A stretch of DNA of 64,000 nucleotides, from the NCBI GenBank assembly GCA_900766735.1, contig CAAFWO010000052.1:58539-122538 (forward strand). Direction: 5' to 3'. Both the position numbers and the translations under genes were made by a program. Of the stretch, positions 19,834 through 29,078 are shown piece by piece; position 1 is the stretch's first letter; the number at the start of each line of letters is the position of its first letter. This stretch comes from Clostridia bacterium (lineage in GTDB: Bacteria; Bacillota; Clostridia; CAKSNL01; HGM11501). The notes beneath the pieces were generated by a model. It ran no database searches. It was given only the letters and a program-made list of their open reading frames with translations, and was not told the origin of the DNA.

Positions 19834-21297
19834 TCAAGTTATTTTAGAGAAAAATATTATTTTTTTCTTCAAATACAGAAAATATACCGCAAACGAGTAC
19901 AAAATCAGCGCCGAAAAAAAGGAAATTGCCGAGGATAATGTGATGCCGAGCGAGGGAATAATAGATAAATAAAGGAAACGGCCGGCCGCAAACGAAAGAA
20001 GTGCGGGAACTGCCGGTGACGAGGAACGAAAGGCGGAGGACAAAGAAAGGCCGACTCCATCCGCCGCGGTTATAAAGCTCGGAATCAGGAAAACTATGTT
20101 TGAAAGCGCATATGCCGCGATGTAGCCGAAGACGCCGAGAAACGGCGTTAAAGCGACTGTGAGCAAAAGCTCGGCTATGTTTGAGGAAAACGCATAGAGG
20201 GAGGCTTTTTTCTCGCGCCCCGAAGCATTCATTACGGAATTTAATATGTGGCGGAAGGTCGCCGCAAGGCCGCCGGAGGCCATGATCGGCAAAAAGAGCG
20301 CGACTCTGGAATCGGAAAAGAGCACACAGGCGAAAAAGTTCCGGAACACGACCATAGCAAAAGTGCAGGGGAAAGCGAAAAGCGAAGTTATCAGGAGCAC
20401 CTTTTCGCATTTTCTTATCACTGCGCCGCGGTTGTTCTTTTTAAGGTTTTCGGAAATGAACGGCACCAAGTTCACCGTCACCGCATTCGTGAAAACGCAG
20501 GGCATATATAAAAGCGGCATTATCATTCCGCTGATGACGCCGAGCACCCCCGTCGCCTCGGCGCGTGTGAGGCCGTTTTTGGTCAGAAGGAACGGAATCA
20601 AAATGTTCGAGGCGGAAGATAAAATGCTTTCCGCCGTTTTGGACAGCGTCACCGGAAGGGCGATGTTAAAGATGCCGGAGCGCACAGGGCCGATGTGCCC
20701 GGCCTTTATTCCGGCGGTGTGTTTTTTATATGCGCCGGTGAGCATGGCCAGGCTCAAAAGCTCGCCTATAAATATCCCGAAGGTCAGCACCGCGGCCGAG
20801 AGCGTGATGTCGCCCTTTGAGAAAAAGACTAAGAGCAGGACGACGGAAAGCGTGCGAAGGAGCTGCTCGGAGATTTCGGTCACGGCCGGAATCTTCACGC
20901 ACCGGTCGGAATAAAAACTGCTTTTGTAGACGTTTTCAAAGCCGGTGATAAGAACCGCGAACGACAAAATGATGAGCGAGGGATAGGTTCTCTCATCGCC
21001 CAAAAAGCGCGAGAGCGGCCTTGCGAAAAAAAGAAGCAGGCAAAAAAGAACGAGCGAGACGTCGAGCACTAAAAAAAGCGCGGATCTCGTCACTGATTTT
21101 TTTAATGAAGCGGTTTCGGCCTCGGGAATCTTTTTCATCGCGGCGACGGGAATGCCGGAGGCGACAACGGCACAGCACACGGAGTACACCGGCATAACGA
21201 GCGCGAAAAGGCCGAGCCCCTCCGCGCCGATGAACCGGCTTATGAAAATGCGGTATAAAAACCCCGTCATCCGTGTGATAATATTAGCGCCGGTCAT
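19834..21297 (-). CDS. MOP-superfamily polysaccharide/lipid-II flippase (SpoVB/MurJ-like)
   Basis: ~14 TM helices. The N-terminus MTGANIITRMTGFLYRIFISRFIGAEGLG is typical of the SpoVB/MurJ family. Confidence 0.7.
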   Translation of the reverse strand: MTGANIITRMTGFLYRIFISRFIGAEGLGLFALVMPVYSVCCAVVASGIPVAAMKKIPEAETASLKKSVTRSALFLVLDVSLVLFCLLLFFARPLSRFLGDERTYPSLIILSFAVLITGFENVYKSSFYSDRCVKIPAVTEISEQLLRTLSVVLLLVFFSKGDITLSAAVLTFGIFIGELLSLAMLTGAYKKHTAGIKAGHIGPVRSGIFNIALPVTLSKTAESILSSASNILIPFLLTKNGLTRAEATGVLGVISGMIMPLLYMPCVFTNAVTVNLVPFISENLKKNNRGAVIRKCEKVLLITSLFAFPCTFAMVVFRNFFACVLFSDSRVALFLPIMASGGLAATFRHILNSVMNASGREKKASLYAFSSNIAELLLTVALTPFLGVFGYIAAYALSNIVFLIPSFITAADGVGLSLSSAFRSSSPAVPALLSFAAGRFLYLSIIPSLGITLSSAISFFSALILYSFAVYFLYLKKKIIFFSKIT

Positions 21298-21466
21298 ATA
21301 GGCAGTGTTATATGTAAAGGATTTTTTCTTCAGAAAACGCGCCTCCCTTTGGTTTTTTAAATTCTATGCGAAAAATAAAAATATTATCAATAAAAATTGA
21401 CTTTGAAATGTTTTTGTGGTAAAATAGATAAGGTAGTTGCCGAATGAATCGGGAAAGGAAAATTTT

Positions 21467-21865
21467 ATGAAAAAAATCACATCTGTTTTTTTAACAGTTA
21501 TAATAATTGTGTTCGCATTTTCCGGCTGTACCGGGCAGGGGAAAAAACAGCTTTTCGGCACGGTCTCGATAGTCGGCCCGGACGGGGAGATGATCTTAGA
21601 CACCGAGCTTTACGTGAACGCCGAGAATGCGACCGCGGCGGACGCGGTGAAGGAGGCGTGCTCTCAGGTCAGACTGGCCTATACCTACGAAAACGGAATG
21701 TTTGACAATTTCGGCGGTATCGCCTCGGGCAAGGAGGACGGATGGCTTTTCTATAACGACGGGGAGCTTTCCGATGTCGGCGCCGGCGCGTGCGAGATCG
21801 GTAACGCTTTCGAGATCGAGTTTAAATATGTTAATTATAATGAAAGTTTTTCTTTATCCGAATAA
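21467..21865 (+). CDS. Small lipoprotein (DUF4430-like)
   Basis: A lipobox (FAFSGC) after the signal peptide. The start is re-called to the ATG at 21467. Confidence 0.45.
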   Translation: MKKITSVFLTVIIIVFAFSGCTGQGKKQLFGTVSIVGPDGEMILDTELYVNAENATAADAVKEACSQVRLAYTYENGMFDNFGGIASGKEDGWLFYNDGELSDVGAGACEIGNAFEIEFKYVNYNESFSLSE

Positions 21866-21871
21866 AAAAAC

Positions 21872-21900
21872 TTGACAAGCTTGACAATGCGTGATATAAT
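21872..21900 (+). promoter_or_regulatory. Consensus sigma-A promoter (tandem TTGACA; TTGACA-N17-TATAAT) for the str operon
   Basis: Perfect -35 and -10 hexamers ~40 nt upstream of the L7Ae-like gene. Confidence 0.6.
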
Positions 21901-21941
21901 GTACAATTGTATGGGTATGTTTGTGAAAAAAGGTGAGGCGG

Positions 21942-22181
21942 ATGATCAGCGAATTGCATACCGCGAATAAGGCTGTCGGCCTTAAACAGTCGCTTAAAAA
22001 GCTCCGGTCGGGCGAGGCGAAAAAGGCTTTCGTCGCGAGGGACGCATCGCCGTCGGTCACAGACGATATAATTAAAATTTGCGAAGAGTCTTTTGTTCCG
22101 GCAGAATGGGTCGGCACGATGGACGAGCTGGGCAGAGCCTGCGGGATAGAAGTGGGCGCTGCCGTTGCTGTTGTTTATTGA
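21942..22181 (+). CDS. Ribosomal protein L7Ae-family protein (YbxF/RplGB-like)
   Basis: Conserved position upstream of rpsL, and the L7Ae fold motif GxxxxxKxLRSGEAKKAFVA. Confidence 0.75.
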   Translation: MISELHTANKAVGLKQSLKKLRSGEAKKAFVARDASPSVTDDIIKICEESFVPAEWVGTMDELGRACGIEVGAAVAVVY

Positions 22182-22229
22182 CGGATTTATCCGTTGATAT
22201 ATAAAATAAATCAAGGAGGTGGAAATTAA

Positions 22230-22649
22230 ATGCCGACATTTAACCAGTTGGTCAGAACAGGCAGAACCACAAATGTGAAGAAGTCTACAGCTCCCGCATT
22301 GCAGAAGGGTTTTGACTCGCTTAAGAACAGGGCAACCGATCAGGATTCTCCCCAAAAGAGAGGCGTTTGCACTTACGTTAAGACGAAGACCCCGAAGAAG
22401 CCTAACTCAGCGCTTCGTAAAATTGCCAGAGTAAGACTTACCAACGGTACTGAGGTAACGAGCTATATCCCCGGCGAAGGTCACAACCTTCAGGAGCACA
22501 GCGTTGTTCTTATCAGGGGCGGAAGGGTAAGAGACCTTCCCGGTGTGCGTTATCACATTATCAGAGGCGCTCTCGACGCGTCGGGTGTTGCTGACAGAAA
22601 TCAGTCAAGATCCAAGTACGGCGCGAAGAAGGCAAAGGCTAAGAAATAA
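22230..22649 (+). CDS. rpsL: 30S ribosomal protein S12
   Basis: [12 protein letters not shown]...[10 protein letters not shown] motifs. Confidence 0.95.
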   Translation: MPTFNQLVRTGRTTNVKKSTAPALQKGFDSLKNRATDQDSPQKRGVCTYVKTKTPKKPNSALRKIARVRLTNGTEVTSYIPGEGHNLQEHSVVLIRGGRVRDLPGVRYHIIRGALDASGVADRNQSRSKYGAKKAKAKK

Positions 22650-22671
22650 TAGCCGCTAAAAAAGTATGTTG

Positions 22672-22714
22672 TTCCGTAGATGGAATGACAAATTAGGTTG
22701 TGCGGTCTACGGAA
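22672..22714 (+). promoter_or_regulatory. Intercistronic hairpin in the rpsL-rpsG spacer (9-bp perfect inverted repeat TTCCGTAGA ... TCTACGGAA); candidate S7 translational operator
   Basis: A perfect 9-bp stem with a 26-nt loop inside an unusually long (148-nt) spacer. Confidence 0.35.
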
Positions 22715-22797
22715 TTTTTATAGATTGCACTTGCAAGAAAGGATTTCTTGAGTACCTATGATTTCATTATTTAAATTTTATGAAGGAGGGAAGAACA

Positions 22798-23268
22798 GTG
22801 CCGAGAAGAGGATTTGTTCCCAAAAGAGATGTTTTGCCTGATCCCATGTACAACGACACCACTGTTACGAGACTTATAAACAACATCATGCTTGACGGTA
22901 AGAAGGGTGTTGCGCAGAAGATCGTATACGATGCGTTCGATATCGTACGTGAGAAGACAGGAAAGGAGCCGCTCGAGGTTTTCCATCAGGCTATGGAGGC
23001 TATTATGCCCGTGCTTGAGGTTAAAGCAAGAAGAGTCGGCGGTGCAACATATCAGGTTCCCATGGAAGTGCGTCCCGAGAGACGCCGCACATTGGGCTTG
23101 AGATGGCTCACTCAGTATTCAAGAGCTCGTAACGAGAGACATATGTGCGAAAGACTCGCTAACGAGATCGTTGACGCTACAAACGGACTTGGCGGATCGG
23201 TCAAGAAGAGAGAAGATACTCACAAGATGGCCGAAGCGAACAAGGCGTTTGCTCATTACAGATGGTAG
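22798..23268 (+). CDS. rpsG: 30S ribosomal protein S7 (GTG start)
   Basis: [17 protein letters not shown]-terminus after a GAAGGAGGG RBS. Confidence 0.9.
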   Translation: MPRRGFVPKRDVLPDPMYNDTTVTRLINNIMLDGKKGVAQKIVYDAFDIVREKTGKEPLEVFHQAMEAIMPVLEVKARRVGGATYQVPMEVRPERRRTLGLRWLTQYSRARNERHMCERLANEIVDATNGLGGSVKKREDTHKMAEANKAFAHYRW

Positions 23269-23306
23269 TATTACCACAGTAGTAACCGACGAAAGGAGAG
23301 ATATTT

Positions 23307-25388
23307 TTGCCAAGAGAAATTGCGCTTGAAAAAACAAGAAATATCGGCATAATGGCTCACATCGACGCCGGAAAGACCACCACTACTGAGAGAATTTTGT
23401 ACTATTGCGGTAAAATTCATAAGATTGGTGATACTCACGATGGAGATGCAACCATGGACTACATGGAGCAGGAGAAGGAGAGAGGTATTACAATCACTTC
23501 TGCTGCGACAACAGCCTATTGGAAGGGCCATAGAATAAACATTATCGATACCCCCGGCCACGTTGACTTTACGGTTGAGGTTGAGCGCTCGTTGAGAGTT
23601 CTTGACGGAAGCGTAACGGTTTTCTGCGCTAAGGGCGGTGTTGAGCCCCAGTCTGAGACCGTTTGGCGCCAGGCTGACAGATACGGCGTTCCGAGAATGG
23701 CGTTCATCAACAAGATGGACATCATGGGCGCTGACTTTTACAACGTTGTACAGATGATGAAGGACAGACTTCAGTGCAAGGCTATCCCGCTTCAGCTGCC
23801 TATCGGTAAGGAAGATACCTTTAAGGGCATTATCGACCTTCTCACAATGAAGGCAGAGGTTTATTACAACGATGACGGTACCGACATAAGAGAAGAGGAA
23901 ATTCCCGAAGATATGAAGGAACTTGCCCAGGAGTATCATGACGCGGCTCTTGAAGAGATTGTTGCTTATGATGACGAGCTTATGGAAAGGTACTTCAACG
24001 GTGAAGAGATTCCCGTTGCCGACCTTAAGAAGGTTATAAGAAAGGCTACTATCTCCAACGAGATCGTTCCGGTATTCTGCGGAACGGCGTACAGAAACAA
24101 GGGTGTTCAGCCCCTTCTTGACGCTATCGTTGACTATATGCCCGCTCCGACAGACATTCCCGCTATCAAGGGTACAAACCTTGACGGTGAGGAGGAAGAC
24201 AGACATTCGAGCGATTCCGAGCCTTTCTCGGCTCTTGCATTCAAGATCATCGCCGATCCCTTTGTTGGTAAGCTTTGCTTCTTCAGAGTTTACTCCGGAA
24301 CGCTTTCTACAGGAAGCTACGTATTGAACTCCACGAAGGACAACAAGGAGAGAATCGGACGTATCCTTCGTATGCACGCCGATAAGAGAGAAGACCTTGA
24401 TATGGTATATGCAGGCGACATCGCCGCTGCCGTTGGTCTTAAAAACACCACAACGGGTGACACGCTCTGCGACGAGAATCATCCCGTTATACTTGAATCC
24501 ATGGAATTCCCCGAGCCTGTAATAAGGGTCGCAATCGAGCCCAAGACAAAAGCAGGTCAGGAGAAGATGGGTCTTGCCCTTGCAAGACTTGCCGAAGAAG
24601 ATCCCACCTTTAAGGCTTATACCGATGAGGAGACGGGACAGACGATCATCGCCGGAATGGGTGAGCTTCACTTGGAGATCATCGTTGACAGACTTCTCCG
24701 TGAATTCAAGGTTGAGGCAAACGTTGGTCAGCCTCAGGTTTCTTACAAAGAGACGATCAGCAAGAAAGTTGACATCGAGCACAAATACGCTCGTCAGTCC
24801 GGCGGTCGCGGTCAGTACGGTCATGTTAAGATGATCATGGAGCCGCAGGAAGCCGGCAAAGGATATGAATTCGTTAACCAGGTTGTCGGCGGTGCTATCC
24901 CGAAGGAATACATCCCGGCTGTTGACGCAGGTATCAGAGGCGCTATGGAGTCCGGTATACTTGCAGGATACCAGGTTGTTGACGTAAAGGTTACTCTTTA
25001 CGACGGATCTTATCACGAGGTCGACTCTTCGGAAATGGCGTTCAAGATCGCCGGCTCCATGGCCTTCAAAGAAGGTATGAAGAAGGCTGATCCGGTTCTT
25101 AAAGAGCCCATCATGAAGGTTGACGTTACGGTTCCCGAGGAATATATGGGCGACGTTATGGGCGACATCAGCTCGCGCCGCGGTATGATCCAGGGAAGCG
25201 AGACGAGAAACGGCGTTGTAACCGTTTCCGCTCAGGTTCCGCTTGCCGAGATGTTCGGCTATGCGACGGACCTTCGTTCCAGAACTCAGGGACGCGGTAA
25301 CTATTCTATGGAGCCCAGCCACTATGAAGTGGTTCCGAGAAGCATCATGGAAAAAATTATCGACCAGAGATCAAAAAAGAACGATTAA
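23307..25388 (+). CDS. fusA: Elongation factor G
   Basis: GTPase motifs AHIDAGKTT and DTPGHVDF. The length is 693 aa. Confidence 0.95.
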   Translation: MPREIALEKTRNIGIMAHIDAGKTTTTERILYYCGKIHKIGDTHDGDATMDYMEQEKERGITITSAATTAYWKGHRINIIDTPGHVDFTVEVERSLRVLDGSVTVFCAKGGVEPQSETVWRQADRYGVPRMAFINKMDIMGADFYNVVQMMKDRLQCKAIPLQLPIGKEDTFKGIIDLLTMKAEVYYNDDGTDIREEEIPEDMKELAQEYHDAALEEIVAYDDELMERYFNGEEIPVADLKKVIRKATISNEIVPVFCGTAYRNKGVQPLLDAIVDYMPAPTDIPAIKGTNLDGEEEDRHSSDSEPFSALAFKIIADPFVGKLCFFRVYSGTLSTGSYVLNSTKDNKERIGRILRMHADKREDLDMVYAGDIAAAVGLKNTTTGDTLCDENHPVILESMEFPEPVIRVAIEPKTKAGQEKMGLALARLAEEDPTFKAYTDEETGQTIIAGMGELHLEIIVDRLLREFKVEANVGQPQVSYKETISKKVDIEHKYARQSGGRGQYGHVKMIMEPQEAGKGYEFVNQVVGGAIPKEYIPAVDAGIRGAMESGILAGYQVVDVKVTLYDGSYHEVDSSEMAFKIAGSMAFKEGMKKADPVLKEPIMKVDVTVPEEYMGDVMGDISSRRGMIQGSETRNGVVTVSAQVPLAEMFGYATDLRSRTQGRGNYSMEPSHYEVVPRSIMEKIIDQRSKKND

Positions 25389-25462
25389 TGCTTGATTTTT
25401 CTGCTAAAATGTAGTAGAATAAGAGTAAATAATTAATTTAAATATTAAGGAGGACAAACAAA

Positions 25463-26665
25463 ATGGCAAAAGCTAAATTCGAAAGAACAAAGCCCCATGT
25501 AAACATTGGTACTATCGGTCACGTTGACCACGGTAAGACAACTCTTACAGCAGCTATCACAAAGGTACTTGCTATGAAGGGTGACGCTGAATTCCAGGAT
25601 TACGCAAACATCGATAAGGCTCCCGAGGAGAGAGAAAGAGGTATTACGATCAATACCGCTCACGTTGAGTATCAGACTGACACTCGTCACTATGCTCACG
25701 TTGACTGCCCCGGCCACGCTGACTACGTTAAGAACATGATCACCGGTGCTGCTCAGATGGACGGCGCTATCTTGGTTGTTTCTGCAGCTGACGGCCCCAT
25801 GCCTCAGACAAGAGAGCACATCCTTCTTTCCAGACAGGTTGGCGTTCCTTACATCGTTGTATTCATGAACAAGGTTGACCAGGTTGACGATCCCGAGCTT
25901 CTCGAACTCGTTGAGATGGAAATCAGAGAGCTTCTTTCCGAGTATGGTTTCCCCGGAGACGATATTCCGATCATCAAGGGTTCTGCTCTCTTAGCTCTTG
26001 AGAGCACATCTACAGACATCAACGCTCCCGAGTACAAGTGCATTCTTGAGCTCATGGACGCTGTTGACTCTTACATCCCCGCTCCCGAGAGATCTACTGA
26101 TCTTCCCTTCCTTATGCCTGTCGAGGACGTATTCACGATCACAGGTCGTGGTACTGTTGCTACAGGTAGAGTTGAGAGAGGTACTCTTAACCTTTCTGAC
26201 GAAGTTGAGATCGTTGGTCTTGTTGAGGAGAAGAGAACTGTTGTTGTAACAGGTATCGAGATGTTCAGAAAGATGCTTGACACAGCACAGGCTGGTGATA
26301 ACATCGGTGCGCTTCTTCGTGGTGTTGACAGAAAGGACATCGAAAGAGGTCAGGTTCTTGCAAAGCCCGGCACGATTCATCCCCACACAAAGTTCAAGGG
26401 TGAGGTTTACGTATTAAAGCAGGACGAAGGTGGCCGTCATAAGCCCTTCTTCACAAACTACAGACCTCAGTTCTATTTCAGAACAACTGACGTTACAGGC
26501 GTTATCAAGCTTCCGGCTGACAAGGAAATGTGCATGCCCGGCGATAACGTAACGATCGAAGTTGAGCTTCTTAAGCCCATCGCTATTGAGAAGGGTCTTC
26601 GTTTCGCTATCCGTGAGGGCGGCAGAACAGTTGGTTCCGGCGTCGTTTCCGAGATCGAGGCGTAA
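25463..26665 (+). CDS. tuf: Elongation factor Tu
   Basis: [10 protein letters not shown] and DCPGHADY motifs. The length is 400 aa. Confidence 0.95.
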   Translation: MAKAKFERTKPHVNIGTIGHVDHGKTTLTAAITKVLAMKGDAEFQDYANIDKAPEERERGITINTAHVEYQTDTRHYAHVDCPGHADYVKNMITGAAQMDGAILVVSAADGPMPQTREHILLSRQVGVPYIVVFMNKVDQVDDPELLELVEMEIRELLSEYGFPGDDIPIIKGSALLALESTSTDINAPEYKCILELMDAVDSYIPAPERSTDLPFLMPVEDVFTITGRGTVATGRVERGTLNLSDEVEIVGLVEEKRTVVVTGIEMFRKMLDTAQAGDNIGALLRGVDRKDIERGQVLAKPGTIHPHTKFKGEVYVLKQDEGGRHKPFFTNYRPQFYFRTTDVTGVIKLPADKEMCMPGDNVTIEVELLKPIAIEKGLRFAIREGGRTVGSGVVSEIEA

Positions 26666-26705
26666 TCTTAACCGATAGTAACGGTTTTACAAAGCTATAA
26701 TAAAA

Positions 26706-26737
26706 ACCGCTCTGAATTTTCAGGGCGGTTTTTTTCG
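26706..26737 (+). terminator. Rho-independent terminator after tuf
   Basis: ccgctctgaa/ttcagggcgg hairpin followed by a T7 run. Confidence 0.6.
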
Positions 26738-26826
26738 TGTGAGTGAAACTTTTTTGCCTTTTAAGGGATATATAAGGGTGTAAAGAGTAAAAGCTTTTAA
26801 CTTTGCAAAAAGAAAGCGGGTTTGGC

Positions 26827-27354
26827 ATGGCAGATGAGGCAAAGCTTCTGGCGCAGATTAAAAAAGGGGAAGAAAGGGCTATCGACCGGGCGGTCGGGCT
26901 CTATACGCCGTATTTGAGCACGGTGCTTTATAATATGGCGTCTAATCTTTCCAAGGAGGACACAGAGGAGATAGTGCCCGACGTATTTTTTGCGCTCTGG
27001 AAAAACGCGGAGTACATAGACCTTAATAAAGGCACGGTCCGCTCATACCTTGCCGCGGCGGCGCGCAATTTCGCACTGAAACGGCTGAAAAAGAAGAAGG
27101 ATTCGGTTAGCCTTGATGAAGCGGAGATTTCCGATAAAGCCGGGGACAGTTTCTCGGCGGTGACCGTGTGGGACGCGGTTATGAGCCTCGGCGAGCCGGA
27201 CAGCGAAATATTCATAAGGTTCTATAAATACGGCGAAAGAATCAGGGATATTTCAAGGGCAACGGGAATTAATATGTCTACCGTTAAAACCAAGCTTTCA
27301 CGCGGGAAAGACAAATTAAAAAGAATTTTATCTGATGCGGAGGCAATGTTATGA
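26827..27354 (+). CDS. ECF-type sigma-70 family RNA polymerase sigma factor
   Basis: Region 2 and region 4 motifs (...ISRATGINMSTVKTKLSRGKDKLKRIL). Its stop overlaps the start of the downstream gene. Confidence 0.7.
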   Translation: MADEAKLLAQIKKGEERAIDRAVGLYTPYLSTVLYNMASNLSKEDTEEIVPDVFFALWKNAEYIDLNKGTVRSYLAAAARNFALKRLKKKKDSVSLDEAEISDKAGDSFSAVTVWDAVMSLGEPDSEIFIRFYKYGERIRDISRATGINMSTVKTKLSRGKDKLKRILSDAEAML

Positions 27355-28133
27355 AAAGAAAAAACGACTTATTTGAAGAGCTGAATCTCGGAAAGGAGCA
27401 GGGCTTCTGCGCCCCGTTTGAGATTGACACAGGCTCCGTTAAAAAAAGGGTGAGGGCAAAAATTGATTCCGCATGCACGGAAAGGAAGACTGTTACTATG
27501 AGATCGAAAAAGAAAATTGCACTTATCGCCGCTGCTGCGGCACTCACGCTCGGCATATCCGCGTTTGCGGCGAGCGGCGTTGTATCAAGCTGGTTCAGCT
27601 CGTCATCGTCTGTCCCCGATTACAAGTCGCTCCCGACTGCCGAGGAGGTTAAAAAGGACATCGGCTATGACGCGGTTGTTGTTGACGGATTCGAAAACGG
27701 CTATGTGTTTAAGAACGGAAGCGTTGTCGATAACTGCTTCGCGGACGAGGACGGAAACACGGTCGAGAGGTTTAAGTCGGTATCGTTCGACTATGAGAAG
27801 GAAGGCGATACTGTCACCTTCACCGAGGACTGCTTCAGCTCCGAAGTCGGTATAGCGGGCGAGGTCGTTAAGAGCTTAAACGGCACGGATATTTATTATC
27901 ACAGCTACAAAAACAAGTCCGTTCCCGGCGGATATGAGTTATCCGAGGAGGACAAAAAAGCGGAGGAGTCAGGCGAGCTTGTGTTCAGCTACGGTTCGCC
28001 TGAGGTGGAGATTCACGATATCAAAACCGTTACATGGGTGAAGGGCGGATTACATTTCCAGCTTTTGCAGATAGACGGCAGACTTTCGTCCGACGAGCTT
28101 GTTAAAATGGCAGAAGAGGTTATAGAAAGATAG
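27351..28133 (+). CDS. Putative membrane-anchored anti-sigma factor (single TM, extracytoplasmic C-domain)
   Basis: ATGA overlap with the sigma gene. A single TM helix (IALIAAAAALTLGISAFAA) sits ~55 aa from the N-terminus. Confidence 0.5.
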   Translation: MKRKNDLFEELNLGKEQGFCAPFEIDTGSVKKRVRAKIDSACTERKTVTMRSKKKIALIAAAAALTLGISAFAASGVVSSWFSSSSSVPDYKSLPTAEEVKKDIGYDAVVVDGFENGYVFKNGSVVDNCFADEDGNTVERFKSVSFDYEKEGDTVTFTEDCFSSEVGIAGEVVKSLNGTDIYYHSYKNKSVPGGYELSEEDKKAEESGELVFSYGSPEVEIHDIKTVTWVKGGLHFQLLQIDGRLSSDELVKMAEEVIER

Positions 28134-28136
28134 CAA

Positions 28137-28170
28137 AAACACGCATGCCGGAAGGTATGCGTGTTTTTTG
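28137..28170 (+). terminator. Rho-independent terminator (acacgcat-loop-atgcgtgt followed by a T-run)
   Basis: An 8-bp stem followed by TTTTTTG, directly after the anti-sigma stop. Confidence 0.65.
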
Positions 28171-28286
28171 CTGTCCGAAAAAGCTTAAACGGGTGCCGAG
28201 GCAATTTAAAGCCCTCCTTGCTAAAGGAGGGAAGAGCCGAAGGTGACGGGAGGATTTTTAGGAAGGGTCGCGGAAATATGACCAAA

Positions 28287-28320
28287 CCCCGGCGGTCGAT
28301 TCATGAATCGACCCTACGGT
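28287..28320. repeat. REP-like palindromic element, copy 1 (core GGTCGATTCATGAATCGACC with CCGG/CTACGG flanks)
   Basis: A perfect 20-nt palindrome. Near-identical copies occur at ~57737 (inverted orientation) and ~62807. Confidence 0.6.
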
Positions 28321-28505
28321 GCGTGCCTTTCGGCGCACATATTACCTTTGCACTGTTCACTATTCCTTAAACAGGCGGTCGGTGACCGCGTCTACGGGTG
28401 CGCGGGCGTAATGGGTGTGCATAAAAAACGGGAGGATGAGGGCATCCTCCCTTACGGGCGCCACAGCGCACTTTTTCCTTATTCACTATTGCATATACCC
28501 TCAAA

Positions 28506-28536
28506 CCGTAGGGGTCGATGCCCACATCGACCGGCA
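28506..28536. repeat. REP-like element, variant copy (CCGTAGG-GGTCGATG-ccca-CATCGACC-GGC)
   Basis: It has the same flanks as the other copies but a different stem-loop. Further half-copies lie at ~28383-28406 and ~28568-28590. Confidence 0.45.
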
Positions 28537-28645
28537 AATGTACACGCAGAGCAAACGGTCGAGAAAGTGAATCGACCCTACGGGTGCGCGGACAAAATAG
28601 GTTTATTGACATTCACCCGCATATATATGTATGCAGGTCTTTACT

Positions 28646-29008
28646 TTACCATTTTGTTTCGACACAGATGGCGTCTTCGGGGTCAAAATAGTCCGCAGTG
28701 CTACTCGAAAGGCCGGTGAAGGCGCGCCACGCGCGGTCAAAATCAATATCGCCGATGTTGGAGAGCACGGTAAACGTCGTGTCGCTTTCGGCATTGCCGA
28801 GCCGGCCGGCGATGAACAGGCGCTCTTTATAGGCCGTGCCGCCGGCCGTAAATGTTCCGTCGCTCATCTCGGAATATGCGACGCGGACGATGCTCTCGGC
28901 CGTTTCGTATTCGGATTCCGGGGTCGCCGGGAACTCTTTTTTCACGGTGACCTCATTTTGGCACCCGGCCAAAAGAAGCAAAGCTAAAATTAATGCAAGT
29001 TTTTTCAT
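28646..29008 (-). CDS. Small lipoprotein of unknown function
   Basis: Signal peptide with a lipobox (LLAGC). A GGGGAGG RBS lies upstream on the minus strand. Confidence 0.6.
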   Translation of the reverse strand: MKKLALILALLLLAGCQNEVTVKKEFPATPESEYETAESIVRVAYSEMSDGTFTAGGTAYKERLFIAGRLGNAESDTTFTVLSNIGDIDFDRAWRAFTGLSSSTADYFDPEDAICVETKW

Positions 29009-29026
29009 TGTTTACCTCCCCTGTGC

Positions 29027-29078
29027 TTTTACTGATTTCTCGCGCTCGGAAAAAATCTTCGGGAACGACGAAAAGATG
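29027..29078. repeat. 52-bp direct repeat, left copy (remnant of the original MATE 3' end)
   Basis: It matches 29976-30027 with 1 mismatch. On the minus strand it reads in frame as ...IFSSFPKIFSEREKSVK. Confidence 0.7.

Noticed and set aside
20246-20914. 222-aa ORF antisense to the SpoVB-like flippase
   Set aside because: The sense-strand protein has a coherent 14-TM topology, whereas the antisense product is an artefact of hydrophobic codon complements.
23271-25322. 683-aa antisense ORF opposite fusA
   Set aside because: EF-G on the plus strand is unambiguous. The antisense frame is open only because of codon bias in a highly expressed gene, and it has no RBS.
28140-28640. Possible CRISPR array or tRNA/tmRNA/RNase P gene in the palindrome-rich noncoding block
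   Set aside because: The repeat units are palindromic, differ in length and are irregularly spaced (~95, ~110, ~60 nt), and no cas genes are nearby. No T-loop (GTTCGAATC), tmRNA (GGATTCGAC...) or RNase P P4 motif was recognisable. It is better explained as a REP-like cluster.
28303-28719. ORF-track CDS of 138 aa (+) and 81 aa (-, 28367-28612) inside the REP block
   Set aside because: They are Arg/Gly/Pro-rich low-complexity translations of palindromic GC-rich repeats, with no RBS, and they overlap each other on opposite strands.
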